In this document: one piece after another, positions 26,387 through 34,803 of the stretch
Layout: the number at the start of each line of letters is the position of its first letter
How positions within the stretch are numbered: the stretch's first letter is position 1
DNA from: a virus
Taxonomy: Duplodnaviria > Caudoviricetes
Direction: 5' to 3' (one strand)
IMG/VR virus record: IMGVR_UViG_3300049017_000049
Location: 1-37,265 of that record
DNA: 37,265 bases
Made by a program: the position numbers and the translations under genes
Notes under the pieces: model-generated
What the model saw: only the letters and a program-made list of their open reading frames with translations
Told to the model about the DNA's origin: nothing
Databases searched by the model: none

Positions 26387-27123
26387 TGAGCACCATCATC
26401 GCAAAAGCAACTGTGCAGCCCGGCGGCGCCTTGGGGTTGCGCCCCGCGGCCGGCCTGGCTGAACTCGCCCCTGGCGATTATGAGCTGGTGGTGCGGCCGG
26501 ACGCCCAGCCAGTAGCAGAGGGCTACGAGGAACTGGCGCTACCTGAGCCGCTTGAAATCGACTGGCCAGCGCTGCACAGTACGGCACTCGGATGCGGCGT
26601 CGAAGATCGCGGTTTGCATGGCCGCTACGAATGTGCTGAATACGGCTTTCAGGAAGGCGTCGATCAGGCCGCATCGCGCGTGCCGGACGACATCTACGAC
26701 TCGGCAACGGTTCGTGAGATTCAGCGTGAAGCATTCAAAGCAGGACGCGCCCAATTGGCCGAGCGCGTGGCGGTGCTGGAAGCGGCGCAAGTGCCGGAAG
26801 GTATGGTGATCGCGCCGCACTACAGAGGCTACGCGAATCTCGGGACGGGCCAGTATGTGCTGAATCACAGCAAAGCTGGCGAGCCGATGGAATTCGTCAT
26901 CAGCGTAGCAACGGATGCAGAAAAGGCTGGGCGAGTAGTCGGCGATGAGCGCGATAACGCACCGGACGCACTGTTGCAGCCCGAGGCAATGGCTGTTCGT
27001 ATCGCATTCGCATCGCTTGCCGGACTTGAGGCGCTGGAAAATCAGCTTAGCAAGATGAGACTGGAGCACGGCTTTGCCACTCCCCAGCCGCACGCCGACG
27101 AAGCCGCGAAAGGTGGTGCGTGA
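26386..27123 (+). CDS. Hypothetical mosaic protein (~245 aa)
   Basis: GAGG RBS; coupled to the NTase gene. Confidence 0.7.
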   Translation: MSTIIAKATVQPGGALGLRPAAGLAELAPGDYELVVRPDAQPVAEGYEELALPEPLEIDWPALHSTALGCGVEDRGLHGRYECAEYGFQEGVDQAASRVPDDIYDSATVREIQREAFKAGRAQLAERVAVLEAAQVPEGMVIAPHYRGYANLGTGQYVLNHSKAGEPMEFVISVATDAEKAGRVVGDERDNAPDALLQPEAMAVRIAFASLAGLEALENQLSKMRLEHGFATPQPHADEAAKGGA

Positions 27124-27368
27124 TGGCGATGGCCGACTACTACCTGTGCGACGTTTGCGGCGGCAAGGCATTCTACGACGCCAACCTGAGCTATGACTTT
27201 GACCGCGAACAACCTCCAGTCGATTACGGCTGCGGCATGAAACTTGGCTACGTGGGCGACATGGCTTGCATCTGCGATGAGTGCGCCAAAACGCACCAAG
27301 TATTGATCGTGAAAACAGTATCTGACACCGCCCCGCCATCACCAGCAGAGGACAAGAATCATGCATAG
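27123..27368 (+). CDS. Small Cys-rich zinc-binding protein
   Basis: CDVC ... CDEC. Confidence 0.7.
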   Translation: MAMADYYLCDVCGGKAFYDANLSYDFDREQPPVDYGCGMKLGYVGDMACICDECAKTHQVLIVKTVSDTAPPSPAEDKNHA

Positions 27369-27651
27369 CTGCACCGACACGCAAGCCGTCTGCCGTGGTT
27401 GCGGGCGGTTACTAAAGGGCTCGCCGTACTTCAAGGGCGGACGGGCCTCCGTGATGCGCGCTGATGGCAGCTACAGCCATGCAGCAAAGGTGAATTATTT
27501 TGGCGGCTGGGTTTGCTCGCGTAGTTGCGACTACCGCGCATCGCTTGAACTGGAGCAAAGCATGCCTGGGCATGGCCATGACCAGAAGCAGCCGGGGCGT
27601 GAAGCAATGCGCCAAATCGAATCGAACTGGCCCGAAGACGAGAGGAACTAA
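27361..27651 (+). CDS. Small Cys-rich zinc-binding protein (96 aa)
   Basis: GAGG RBS; CRGC ... CSRSC. Confidence 0.7.
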   Translation: MHSCTDTQAVCRGCGRLLKGSPYFKGGRASVMRADGSYSHAAKVNYFGGWVCSRSCDYRASLELEQSMPGHGHDQKQPGREAMRQIESNWPEDERN

Positions 27652-27655
27652 CCCC

Positions 27656-29050
27656 ATGACCGACCTGACCGCAATGCGCGCCAAATTCGAAACGGAAATG
27701 CGCAAGATTTATGGTGCTGAACACTTTGAAATGTACGACGAGGCCATCGAAGGCCGCATCTACAAAAGCGCATCAATGAATGGTGCGTGGCTAGGCTTCC
27801 AAGCCGCCTGGAACGCCAAGCCAGCAGCCCAAGTATCGGAGGCGGTGGACAATCGGCGATGCAAGCCATGCGCTTCTGTTCGCGGCGGCGATACGTGCTG
27901 GAAGTGTGGCGCGGAGACATTCACGCCTGACCGACGTTGCGGAGAAGAACCACGCTTGCCGCCAATCGACCGAATCCGCGCGCTTGCAAAGGAGGTCGGC
28001 TACGCCATTGGCGTGCACGGCTCACAGCAACGCGACTTCGATGTGATCGCCGCGCCATGGACAGATTCAGCCATCGGCAACCACGCACTGTTGCAGCACA
28101 TTGCAGCCGGGCTGACAACTGAGAATGGCCCTGCTCACATTCTCTCCATATCACGCAAGCCCTTGGGCCGCTACGCCGCAACAATCCAGATGGACGGCTG
28201 GTACAAGCAACTCGACATTTCAGTGTGCCCGAACGAAGTGTATGAACAGGCAAGAAAGGAATCTGAAATGACCATCCACGCCTTCACCGAACTGCGCAGC
28301 ACACTGCCAGCCTACATCAACGTCAGCGAGCGCGTGTCGGACCCACGCGACGTGATCGTAACCGTGCGCAGCAGCGGCGAGAACGATACCAGCACAATCA
28401 TCCTGTCGCGCGACCAATTGCGCAAGATGGCCGAGGACATCGGCAAGTTCCTCGACCCTGCTGCCGCCCCAGCTACGCCGAGCGATACGCTGATCCGTGA
28501 TTTGGTCAAACTGTGGGACTCGCCAAGCGTTTCGGAGGACGACCACAACGAGGAAATGTGCCGCATTGAAGATGCGATGCGCAAGGCCGCCGCACCCCAA
28601 GCCTCCCAGCCAGAGGCCGCGCCGAAGCCGAATGCAGATTGCAGCGGTGATCCATCCTGCTGCCCGGATAACGAGGGGTATGGCTGCGCGTGCTCGCCTG
28701 CCGTAGTGGCGCAAGATGCTGACCGCGTTGCTACGAAGCTGCCGAACGGCGTGTGCGTGCAGAACGTGTACGAGGCATATGACGCCGGGCTGGAAGAAGC
28801 GGCGCGGTCCGTTGACGCTCAAGACGAATGCAGCGAAGAAGGCGACACGCTCAAGATGGCTGCCGAGAATATCCGCGCCCTCAAGGCCGCCCAAGCACAG
28901 CCAGCACCGTCCGAGCAGGAGCGGCTGGAAGCGCTGCGCGTGGCGATTTCCGATGTACTAAAACTCCCGCGCGGCACGTCTGGCCGGATCATCTTGGAAA
29001 AATCCGACGAAGACCGTCTCGCCGCCCTGGTTGCCGCATCGTTGAAGTAA
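27656..29050 (+). CDS. Mosaic multi-segment hypothetical protein (464 aa), possible internal start at 28268
   Basis: GAGG RBS; CKPC/CWKC zinc ribbon; HGSQQRDFD segment; AAGGA before internal ATG 28268. Confidence 0.7.
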   Translation: MTDLTAMRAKFETEMRKIYGAEHFEMYDEAIEGRIYKSASMNGAWLGFQAAWNAKPAAQVSEAVDNRRCKPCASVRGGDTCWKCGAETFTPDRRCGEEPRLPPIDRIRALAKEVGYAIGVHGSQQRDFDVIAAPWTDSAIGNHALLQHIAAGLTTENGPAHILSISRKPLGRYAATIQMDGWYKQLDISVCPNEVYEQARKESEMTIHAFTELRSTLPAYINVSERVSDPRDVIVTVRSSGENDTSTIILSRDQLRKMAEDIGKFLDPAAAPATPSDTLIRDLVKLWDSPSVSEDDHNEEMCRIEDAMRKAAAPQASQPEAAPKPNADCSGDPSCCPDNEGYGCACSPAVVAQDADRVATKLPNGVCVQNVYEAYDAGLEEAARSVDAQDECSEEGDTLKMAAENIRALKAAQAQPAPSEQERLEALRVAISDVLKLPRGTSGRIILEKSDEDRLAALVAASLK

Positions 29051-29121
29051 GCCCTGGCAAGGCGCCGGCCGGAGCAATTCCGGTCGGCTGAAAATTCCCG
29101 GCAACAATCCCCACTTTATGC

Positions 29122-29151
29122 TTGACCTGCTATATGCTCCGACCGCATAAT
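29122..29151 (+). promoter_or_regulatory. Promoter with overlapping operator
   Basis: TTGACC-N18-CATAAT; ATGC-N7-GCAT at 29134-29148. Confidence 0.7.
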
Positions 29152-29179
29152 TGACCATCATCAATTTGTGGGGGCTGAA

Positions 29180-29416
29180 ATGGAAATAACAAATAGGGCT
29201 GCTTTTCAAGCTCTGAGAGAAGCTGGCCTTGGCTCTGACGTCGAGATCAGGGCGTGGATGAATACCCAGCAACAAGCTAATCTGCGCGACCAGTTCGCAA
29301 TGCATGCACCTCCGCCCGGTGGCTTCAAGCCTGACGATCAGCCGTACGCGGATTTCTACGCGGAATGGGCTTATGCTTTTGCTGACACCATGCTCCGCGA
29401 GCGGGTGAAGTCGTGA
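29180..29416 (+). CDS. Small conserved-type phage protein
   Basis: LRDQFAMHA ... AYAFADTMLRER pattern common in phage early regions. Confidence 0.7.
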   Translation: MEITNRAAFQALREAGLGSDVEIRAWMNTQQQANLRDQFAMHAPPPGGFKPDDQPYADFYAEWAYAFADTMLRERVKS

Positions 29417-29637
29417 CCTGGAAAATCTACGGGCGCGACGAGTCGCCGATGCTTGAGATTGTCGTCGGCGACTGGCGTGTGTTCGGCATGACGCTCGACG
29501 GTGTCAAGCCGGAGAGCCGCGAGTGGCTGGCCGCGCATCTTGACCGCGCCTTCGAGGAGCAGATCGAGCGGGCGGAGAAGCGCGGCGCCCAGAGCATGAA
29601 GCTCGAGTTCCGCAAACTGATCGGGGTGGAACCATGA
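29413..29637 (+). CDS. Hypothetical protein (74 aa)
   Basis: GTGA/ATGA coupling. Confidence 0.7.
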   Translation: MTWKIYGRDESPMLEIVVGDWRVFGMTLDGVKPESREWLAAHLDRAFEEQIERAEKRGAQSMKLEFRKLIGVEP

Positions 29638-29930
29638 GCCGCACCGTCACAGAGCGCGATCTGCGCATGCCGGAGTTTGCCGACGCCAAGCCAGAAGACA
29701 TGGAGTTCAGGGACGACGGCACGCTGGTGCGCAAGGATCGCTGGGAAACCGGCTTTCGTAGTGTCGCTTACGCTACCGGGTGCAATCGCCGTAGCGGCTT
29801 TGAGATTGATGAAGTTGTCGGCCGCGTGCACGTCCTTGTGGAGCTGGAGCAGGCGCTGCACCAGAAGATCGGTGACGACATCTGGGATCAGATGCAGGAA
29901 CCGTTCACTGAGAAGGTGCATCTGTCATGA
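29634..29930 (+). CDS. Hypothetical protein (98 aa)
   Basis: ATGA coupling at both ends. Confidence 0.7.
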   Translation: MSRTVTERDLRMPEFADAKPEDMEFRDDGTLVRKDRWETGFRSVAYATGCNRRSGFEIDEVVGRVHVLVELEQALHQKIGDDIWDQMQEPFTEKVHLS

Positions 29931-30127
29931 GCCACTTCATCGGCGGCCCCAATCACGCGGCGCCAGTGCCGGCCGCACGCCTGAACGACTACCGCATCAT
30001 GGTCGGCAAGGTGCACTACATGCGCCGTGTCGACAGCAGTGGGCGCGTGGACTTCGCTATCTACGGCATGCTGGACGCGAACGTCGAGCAGCTGCTTTCT
30101 GAAATTTATTCAACGGAGGACGTATGA
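29927..30127 (+). CDS. Hypothetical protein (66 aa)
   Basis: ATGA coupling at both ends. Confidence 0.65.
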   Translation: MSHFIGGPNHAAPVPAARLNDYRIMVGKVHYMRRVDSSGRVDFAIYGMLDANVEQLLSEIYSTEDV

Positions 30128-30252
30128 TCGTCAAGAAGACCTGGATCAAAACGAAGGCGAGCAGCGTGTGCACCATTCGCCGCTACCGCTACACCGGCTG
30201 GTTCCTGCTGGGGCTGTTTCCGCTGTACGTGGCGCGGGTGACGCTGGCGTGA
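30124..30252 (+). CDS. 42-aa protein (not in the ORF track)
   Basis: GGAGG RBS; MIVKKTWIKTK...YTGWFLLGLFPLYVARVTLA; coupled at both ends. Confidence 0.7.
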   Translation: MIVKKTWIKTKASSVCTIRRYRYTGWFLLGLFPLYVARVTLA

Positions 30253-30425
30253 GAACGCGGCAGCACGCAAAGCACTTCGCGATCGGCCGCTACCGACAGG
30301 TGCGGTCATGGGTGCAGTGCGATCTGTGCGACTACGTGCCACGGCCCGGCGCGCCGGGCTCGCAGTGCAAGCGCTGTCTCGAACGGTTCGAGGCTAGTTT
30401 ATTGAAGAAGGAGAAACGCAAGTGA
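30249..30425 (+). CDS. 58-aa zinc-finger-like protein
   Basis: GTGA coupling; CDLC ... CKRC. Confidence 0.6.
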   Translation: MRTRQHAKHFAIGRYRQVRSWVQCDLCDYVPRPGAPGSQCKRCLERFEASLLKKEKRK

Positions 30426-30688
30426 GAAATATTTTCAAGTACGAGCTCTCGCCCGGCACCTGCTACATCGACCTGCCGGTCGGGGCGATCGTGCTCTCGG
30501 CAAAAGCGCAGAACGATTGTGTCTGCGTGTGGGCGTCGGTGGACCCGCACGAGCGCACGGAGGTGGTGCGGTTCATGAGCGTGCTCACCGGGCTTGAGTT
30601 CCCTGCCGCCGACTTAGAGTTCATCGACACGGTGCTGCTCGCGAGCGGCAACTTCGTCGTGCACGTCTTCAAGGAGAAACGCAAGTGA
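30408..30688 (+). repeat. Perfect 18-bp direct repeat flanking one gene
   Basis: AAGGAGAAACGCAAGTGA at 30408-30425 and 30671-30688. Confidence 0.9.
30422..30688 (+). CDS. Small beta-rich conserved-type phage protein (88 aa)
   Basis: IFKYEL...LPVGAIVLS...VWA.VDP...TG...FVVHVF; AAGGAG RBS. Confidence 0.8.
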   Translation: MRNIFKYELSPGTCYIDLPVGAIVLSAKAQNDCVCVWASVDPHERTEVVRFMSVLTGLEFPAADLEFIDTVLLASGNFVVHVFKEKRK

Positions 30689-30852
30689 AAACCATCACCA
30701 GGATCAACAGTGTCCTCTTCCTTGTGTTTGCGCTGGTCAGCGCGGCATGTGGCAACCTCTGGGCACTCGCTGTCGCCGCGCTGGCAGCAGTGATGTTCCA
30801 CTGCCTGACGGTCGAGCTGGAAACGAACGAAGTATTGGAGAAAACGAAATGA
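30685..30852 (+). CDS. 55-aa membrane protein (not in the ORF track)
   Basis: AAGGAG RBS; MKTITRINSVLFLVFALVSAACGNLWALAVAALAAVMF...; coupled at both ends. Confidence 0.7.
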   Translation: MKTITRINSVLFLVFALVSAACGNLWALAVAALAAVMFHCLTVELETNEVLEKTK

Positions 30853-31379
30853 GCAAATTGCCTGAGCCAACCGTGACAGTGCGAATTATTTCGGGCAGTG
30901 GATTCGGTAAGGTAACGCTGGAGCAGTTCTTCTCGCTGCCGGACGGCACCAAGCTGTTCACACAAGACCAAGTGCACTGTGCTATCGCCGCTGCGCGGAT
31001 GGAAGGTGCACCTTACGGCGTCAAGATGGACGTGGTGGAGCAGGCTAAGCCTGAAGCGGCGCCTCTTCCGGCTGCCGTGTTTAATGTGCCTACTTTCGCC
31101 GGTCGGGCCGATGCCTGGAGCGAACCGCAAGTACTCGCCGTGCAGGCTGACGCCTACGCTGTCGGCTACAAGCGCGCCAAGATGGACGTGGAGGAGCAGG
31201 TTGCGGCCGACAAGACTCTGGCTGTGACGAAAGCGCCGGACTTGGGCGGGGTGCTGCCTGCTATCGCCCGTGCGCTGGAAGCCATAGCAGGGTCTACGGC
31301 GCTCGAATTTGAACCACGGACGAGAACGTACGTCAGGGCGCAGATCGCCACCATTGCGGCAGCAGGGCGTGGCAAGTGA
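30849..31379 (+). CDS. Hypothetical protein (176 aa)
   Basis: GGAG RBS; ATGA overlap. Confidence 0.7.
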   Translation: MSKLPEPTVTVRIISGSGFGKVTLEQFFSLPDGTKLFTQDQVHCAIAAARMEGAPYGVKMDVVEQAKPEAAPLPAAVFNVPTFAGRADAWSEPQVLAVQADAYAVGYKRAKMDVEEQVAADKTLAVTKAPDLGGVLPAIARALEAIAGSTALEFEPRTRTYVRAQIATIAAAGRGK

Positions 31380-31564
31380 GCGACAACCTCACCGAATGGA
31401 AGCGCCGGCTGCGCGTGCTCCAGCGCCAGGTGGACATCTGCCGGGGCTTGCAGCCGCGCGGCACGACCGCCTTGACGGACGAGCAGAAGGAGCACCTGTT
31501 TCAAAATACGCGTGACGCTGAGGACGCGCTGCGCATTCATTACGACAAACTGAAAAGGCACTGA
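31376..31564 (+). CDS. Hypothetical protein (62 aa)
   Basis: GTGA coupling. Confidence 0.65.
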   Translation: MSDNLTEWKRRLRVLQRQVDICRGLQPRGTTALTDEQKEHLFQNTRDAEDALRIHYDKLKRH

Positions 31565-31565
31565 G

Positions 31566-32114
31566 ATGAAACTGCAAGAAATGAAAGAGCGTATCGCGTT
31601 GGCTTGGCGGATCGTACGCGGTCGTGACGACAACTCGGTCGCCCATGCCTGCCGCGAGTTCGAGACGTTGGGCTATTACGACGGCGACAAGATGAACCTG
31701 GCGATGGCTGATGGGGTGATCGATCTGTTGCGCACGTTCAGCACGGAAGGCCACAGCGGCTTCAGCGCATCTTATGCGCGGCAGTTGTTCGCCAAGCTGG
31801 CGGCCTTTGAGCCACTCGGCCCTTTGACCGGCGCCGACTCGGAGTGGTTTGATCACGGGGACGACATGGGCTTGGATACGCGCTGGCAGAACAAGCGTTG
31901 CGGTCATGTATTCAAGAGCGCTGCCGGACGCTCCTACGATAGCAATGCTGTGGTGTTTGAAGACTCGGATGGCAGCCGTTTCACTGGTCGGCATAGCCGC
32001 CAGTTCGTCAGCTTCCCGTACGAGCCGCGCTCGGTGGTGTGCCTGCTGCCTGAAAATTGCACTGATGTGCAGCGCGAAATGCTGGCTGCTCAGGCTTGGG
32101 CTAAGGGGATCTAA
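31566..32114 (+). CDS. Conserved-type phage protein with GHSGFSA / PLTG..EW / QNKRC motifs (182 aa)
   Basis: Motif set recognised as a widespread phage family; function not established from the sequence. Confidence 0.75.
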   Translation: MKLQEMKERIALAWRIVRGRDDNSVAHACREFETLGYYDGDKMNLAMADGVIDLLRTFSTEGHSGFSASYARQLFAKLAAFEPLGPLTGADSEWFDHGDDMGLDTRWQNKRCGHVFKSAAGRSYDSNAVVFEDSDGSRFTGRHSRQFVSFPYEPRSVVCLLPENCTDVQREMLAAQAWAKGI

Positions 32115-32627
32115 ATGGAAATCATGCTCGACCTGGAAACAATGGGCACTGGCCCGACCGCGGCGATCGTCGCCATTGGTGCCGTGAAGTTCGACGCTAA
32201 CGGTGTGCACGACCGCTTCTACCGGAGCGTGACGCTGGCGTCGTCGGTGGATGTCGGCCTGAAGATCGACCCGTCCACGGTGATGTGGTGGCTGGGCCAG
32301 AGCGAAGAAGCGCGTGCGCGGCTGTCGACCGATACAATGGTCCTGCCGCAGGCGCTGCTGGACTTCAACTTGTGGTACGGCGAGCCTGACAGCCTGTCCG
32401 TGTGGGGCAACGGTGCTGCGGCCGACAACGTGTGGCTGCGCAGTGCGTACGGAGCGACCGGTATCCCGGCACCTTGGTCCTTCCGGAACGACCGCTGCTA
32501 CCGCACGATCAAGAACCTGCCGATCTGCAGCGAGATTGAGTTCGTGCGCATCGGCGTCTTCCACAACGCGCTGGACGATGCCGAGAGCCAGGCGCTGCAC
32601 CTGATCAAGATGCTGGGGGTGTTGTAA
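32115..32627 (+). CDS. DEDDh 3'-5' exonuclease (Rv2179c/DUF5051-like)
   Basis: MLDLETMG, TVMWW, WGNG...D and HNALDDA. Confidence 0.9.
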   Translation: MEIMLDLETMGTGPTAAIVAIGAVKFDANGVHDRFYRSVTLASSVDVGLKIDPSTVMWWLGQSEEARARLSTDTMVLPQALLDFNLWYGEPDSLSVWGNGAAADNVWLRSAYGATGIPAPWSFRNDRCYRTIKNLPICSEIEFVRIGVFHNALDDAESQALHLIKMLGVL

Positions 32628-33001
32628 TGGAACAGCTCCTGTTGCACCTGCTGGGCGACTACATCCTGCAAACGAACTGGATGGCGACCGAGAAGACGAA
32701 GCGCAACGTGGCCGCCGGCGCGCACGCGCTGGTCTACGGCATCCCGTTCATGCTGCTCGGCCCTTCAAAGGCCGCGTTTCTCACCATCGTGATGACGCAC
32801 TACTTCATTGACCGCTACCGCCTGGCGCGCTATGTAGTGTTCGCCAAGAACTGGATCACGGAGCCGAGCATAAAGTGGTCGCAGTGCTCGGCCACGGGGT
32901 ACGGCAACGATGTTCCGCTTTGGTTGTCGCTGTGGCTGCTGATCATCGCCGACAATACCCTACACTTGTGCATCAACTACGCCGCCCTGCGCTGGCTGTG
33001 A
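32627..33001 (+). CDS. DUF3307-like membrane protein
   Basis: HLLGDYILQ..WMA..K, H...Y, THYFID and DNTLH. Confidence 0.8.
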   Translation: MEQLLLHLLGDYILQTNWMATEKTKRNVAAGAHALVYGIPFMLLGPSKAAFLTIVMTHYFIDRYRLARYVVFAKNWITEPSIKWSQCSATGYGNDVPLWLSLWLLIIADNTLHLCINYAALRWL

Positions 33002-33009
33002 GAACCAAC

Positions 33010-33183
33010 ATGAACCCCAAAAACGATCTCCTGCCGCTCGCGTCCATTCCGAACAAGGAAGGCTTCGAGCTGATAGCAGTGCGCAAGGACGGCGCCGAAG
33101 CGCGCGTGGCTGTGACCGTCGACAAGGACGGCAACTACACGCTGCCCGGCTGGAAGAACCTGGCTGGATGGAGGCGGGTATGA
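33010..33183 (+). CDS. Hypothetical protein (57 aa)
   Basis: ATG 33010; ATGA overlap with the next gene. Confidence 0.6.
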   Translation: MNPKNDLLPLASIPNKEGFELIAVRKDGAEARVAVTVDKDGNYTLPGWKNLAGWRRV

Positions 33184-33392
33184 AGTTCCGCGGAAAGACA
33201 AAGATGTGGGCAGGGCGTGCTGTGCTGGTGCCACCATTGGTGGCTCTTGCCGGCTTGGGACTGTGGATCGGCCCTGCCGCCATGCTGGGCGCCGTGCTCG
33301 CGCTCCTGGCTGTTGTGGTCGTTGTGTACGCGGTCTACCTTGGCCTGTGCTGGATCTCCGAGGGCAAAGACGAAGCGGAGGACGACCAGTGA
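33180..33392 (+). CDS. Small membrane protein (70 aa)
   Basis: GGAGG RBS; long hydrophobic stretch. Confidence 0.65.
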   Translation: MKFRGKTKMWAGRAVLVPPLVALAGLGLWIGPAAMLGAVLALLAVVVVVYAVYLGLCWISEGKDEAEDDQ

Positions 33393-33694
33393 CAACGCTC
33401 AAAGAACTGGCCGCTGCCGACCCGATCCTGGCCACAACGCCGGGCGGCATGCGCATCCTGATGATGCGCAACGCACGCGACAACGCGCTCGCCAAGGCTG
33501 TGGACACGGCCGCGGTCATGTTCCGCATGACGGAGCTCGACCGTTACACGACGCTCGCTTATTACGCGCTGCTGGAGGCTGAGGAGCTGCGCGCTGAGCT
33601 CTTGACCAGGTGCCCGGTGACGTGCTGCACGATGCGCACTGTGGACCTGGCGGATGAACTGAAACCAAGCTCGGACCCCAAGGATTGGCCATGA
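33389..33694 (+). CDS. Hypothetical protein (101 aa)
   Basis: GGAGG RBS; GTGA/ATGA coupling. Confidence 0.65.
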   Translation: MTTLKELAAADPILATTPGGMRILMMRNARDNALAKAVDTAAVMFRMTELDRYTTLAYYALLEAEELRAELLTRCPVTCCTMRTVDLADELKPSSDPKDWP

Positions 33695-34086
33695 ACATCT
33701 ACCGTCACCAGTTCGTCTGCATCTGCCCAGTCAACGCTAAGCCGATCACCTATCGTCTCGAGATCAGTTCGATGAAAATTATCTACGTCGAGAAGATCAG
33801 CGCAGCTTGCTTGATGTACCAGCAAGAGTTCCACGAAAAGATTGCCGATGGTTTGGCTAGACATTTCCCCGGAACGTGTCAGGTGCTCATCGCACATCAT
33901 CACGGCGTGGACATTGAAACGCGCCGTGGCGATAGCCTCCTGCGCAAGCTCCTCTGCTGGGCAGGCTGGCACTGCGTGGAGCGCGTCTCCTACGACAAGG
34001 ATCGTGAAGTAGAAACTTCCCGCTGCATTTACTGCTCGCATGCGCGTGAGCAAGATTACTCCAACTGGCACAACATCGGCGGATGA
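33691..34086 (+). CDS. QueF-like tunnelling-fold protein with a C-terminal Cys/His extension (131 aa)
   Basis: F.C.CP, Y.LEI, YVE.I, FHE.IAD and H.GV.IET pattern of small T-fold QueF-like proteins. Confidence 0.65.
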   Translation: MNIYRHQFVCICPVNAKPITYRLEISSMKIIYVEKISAACLMYQQEFHEKIADGLARHFPGTCQVLIAHHHGVDIETRRGDSLLRKLLCWAGWHCVERVSYDKDREVETSRCIYCSHAREQDYSNWHNIGG

Positions 34087-34802
34087 CTGTCCACTACCAT
34101 GGCACGCCAATCACGCCCCTCATCGTCATGGAAGAACTGGATGGCCGGTTCTTCTGCACGTCCTGGGCGCGCCCGGACAACATCATCTGGTGCCATCAGC
34201 ACGGGCAGGGCAACATGATCGACAACTCAGCCTTCACCATATGGCAGAAGAACATGAAGCTCATCGCCGCCGGCAAGGCTCCGGTCGTGATGGACGACGC
34301 GTTCTGGGCCAAGTTCTATGCGTGGGTTGACCAGTGGATCGCCTACCCGACCACTTGGGCTGTCATACCTGATGTAATCATGGGCGACGCCGAAGCGAAC
34401 GACGCGCTCATCGCCCAGTGGCCGCATGGCGAGCGTGGTGCGCCGGTATGGCACATGCACGAGCCTGTTGATCGCCTCAAGCGCCTGTGCGACGAGTGGC
34501 CGCGTGTCTGCATCGGCTCGTCGTCCGAGTACAGCGTGGTGGGTGCGCCGAACTGGCACCGCCGCATGCACGAAGCCATGAACGCCATCTGCAAGACCGG
34601 GCGCGTGCCGACCTGGTTGCATATGCTTCGCGGCATGAACGCCGCGCGCTGGGGCTATCCGTTTGCCAGCGTGGATAGCACCGACATCGCACGCAACCAC
34701 AATCGCAAGAACAACGCCCGGGCTATGGCGGACCGCTGGGACAGCTTCCAGTGCGCGCCGTTCTGGGTGAAGCAGCAAGCCTACCTCTTCGCAAAGGACT
34801 GA
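34083..34802 (+). CDS. TGT/DpdA-like guanine transglycosylase-fold protein (239 aa)
   Basis: IDNSAF, IPDVI.G, PVWH, CIGSS, LHMLRG and SVDST occur in the order of TGT-barrel motifs. Confidence 0.7.
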   Translation: MTVHYHGTPITPLIVMEELDGRFFCTSWARPDNIIWCHQHGQGNMIDNSAFTIWQKNMKLIAAGKAPVVMDDAFWAKFYAWVDQWIAYPTTWAVIPDVIMGDAEANDALIAQWPHGERGAPVWHMHEPVDRLKRLCDEWPRVCIGSSSEYSVVGAPNWHRRMHEAMNAICKTGRVPTWLHMLRGMNAARWGYPFASVDSTDIARNHNRKNNARAMADRWDSFQCAPFWVKQQAYLFAKD

Positions 34803-34803
34803 C

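Noticed and set aside
29064-29088. GCCGGCCGGA/TCCGGTCGGC hairpin as an intrinsic terminator
   Set aside because: No U-tract follows on either strand; function unclear.
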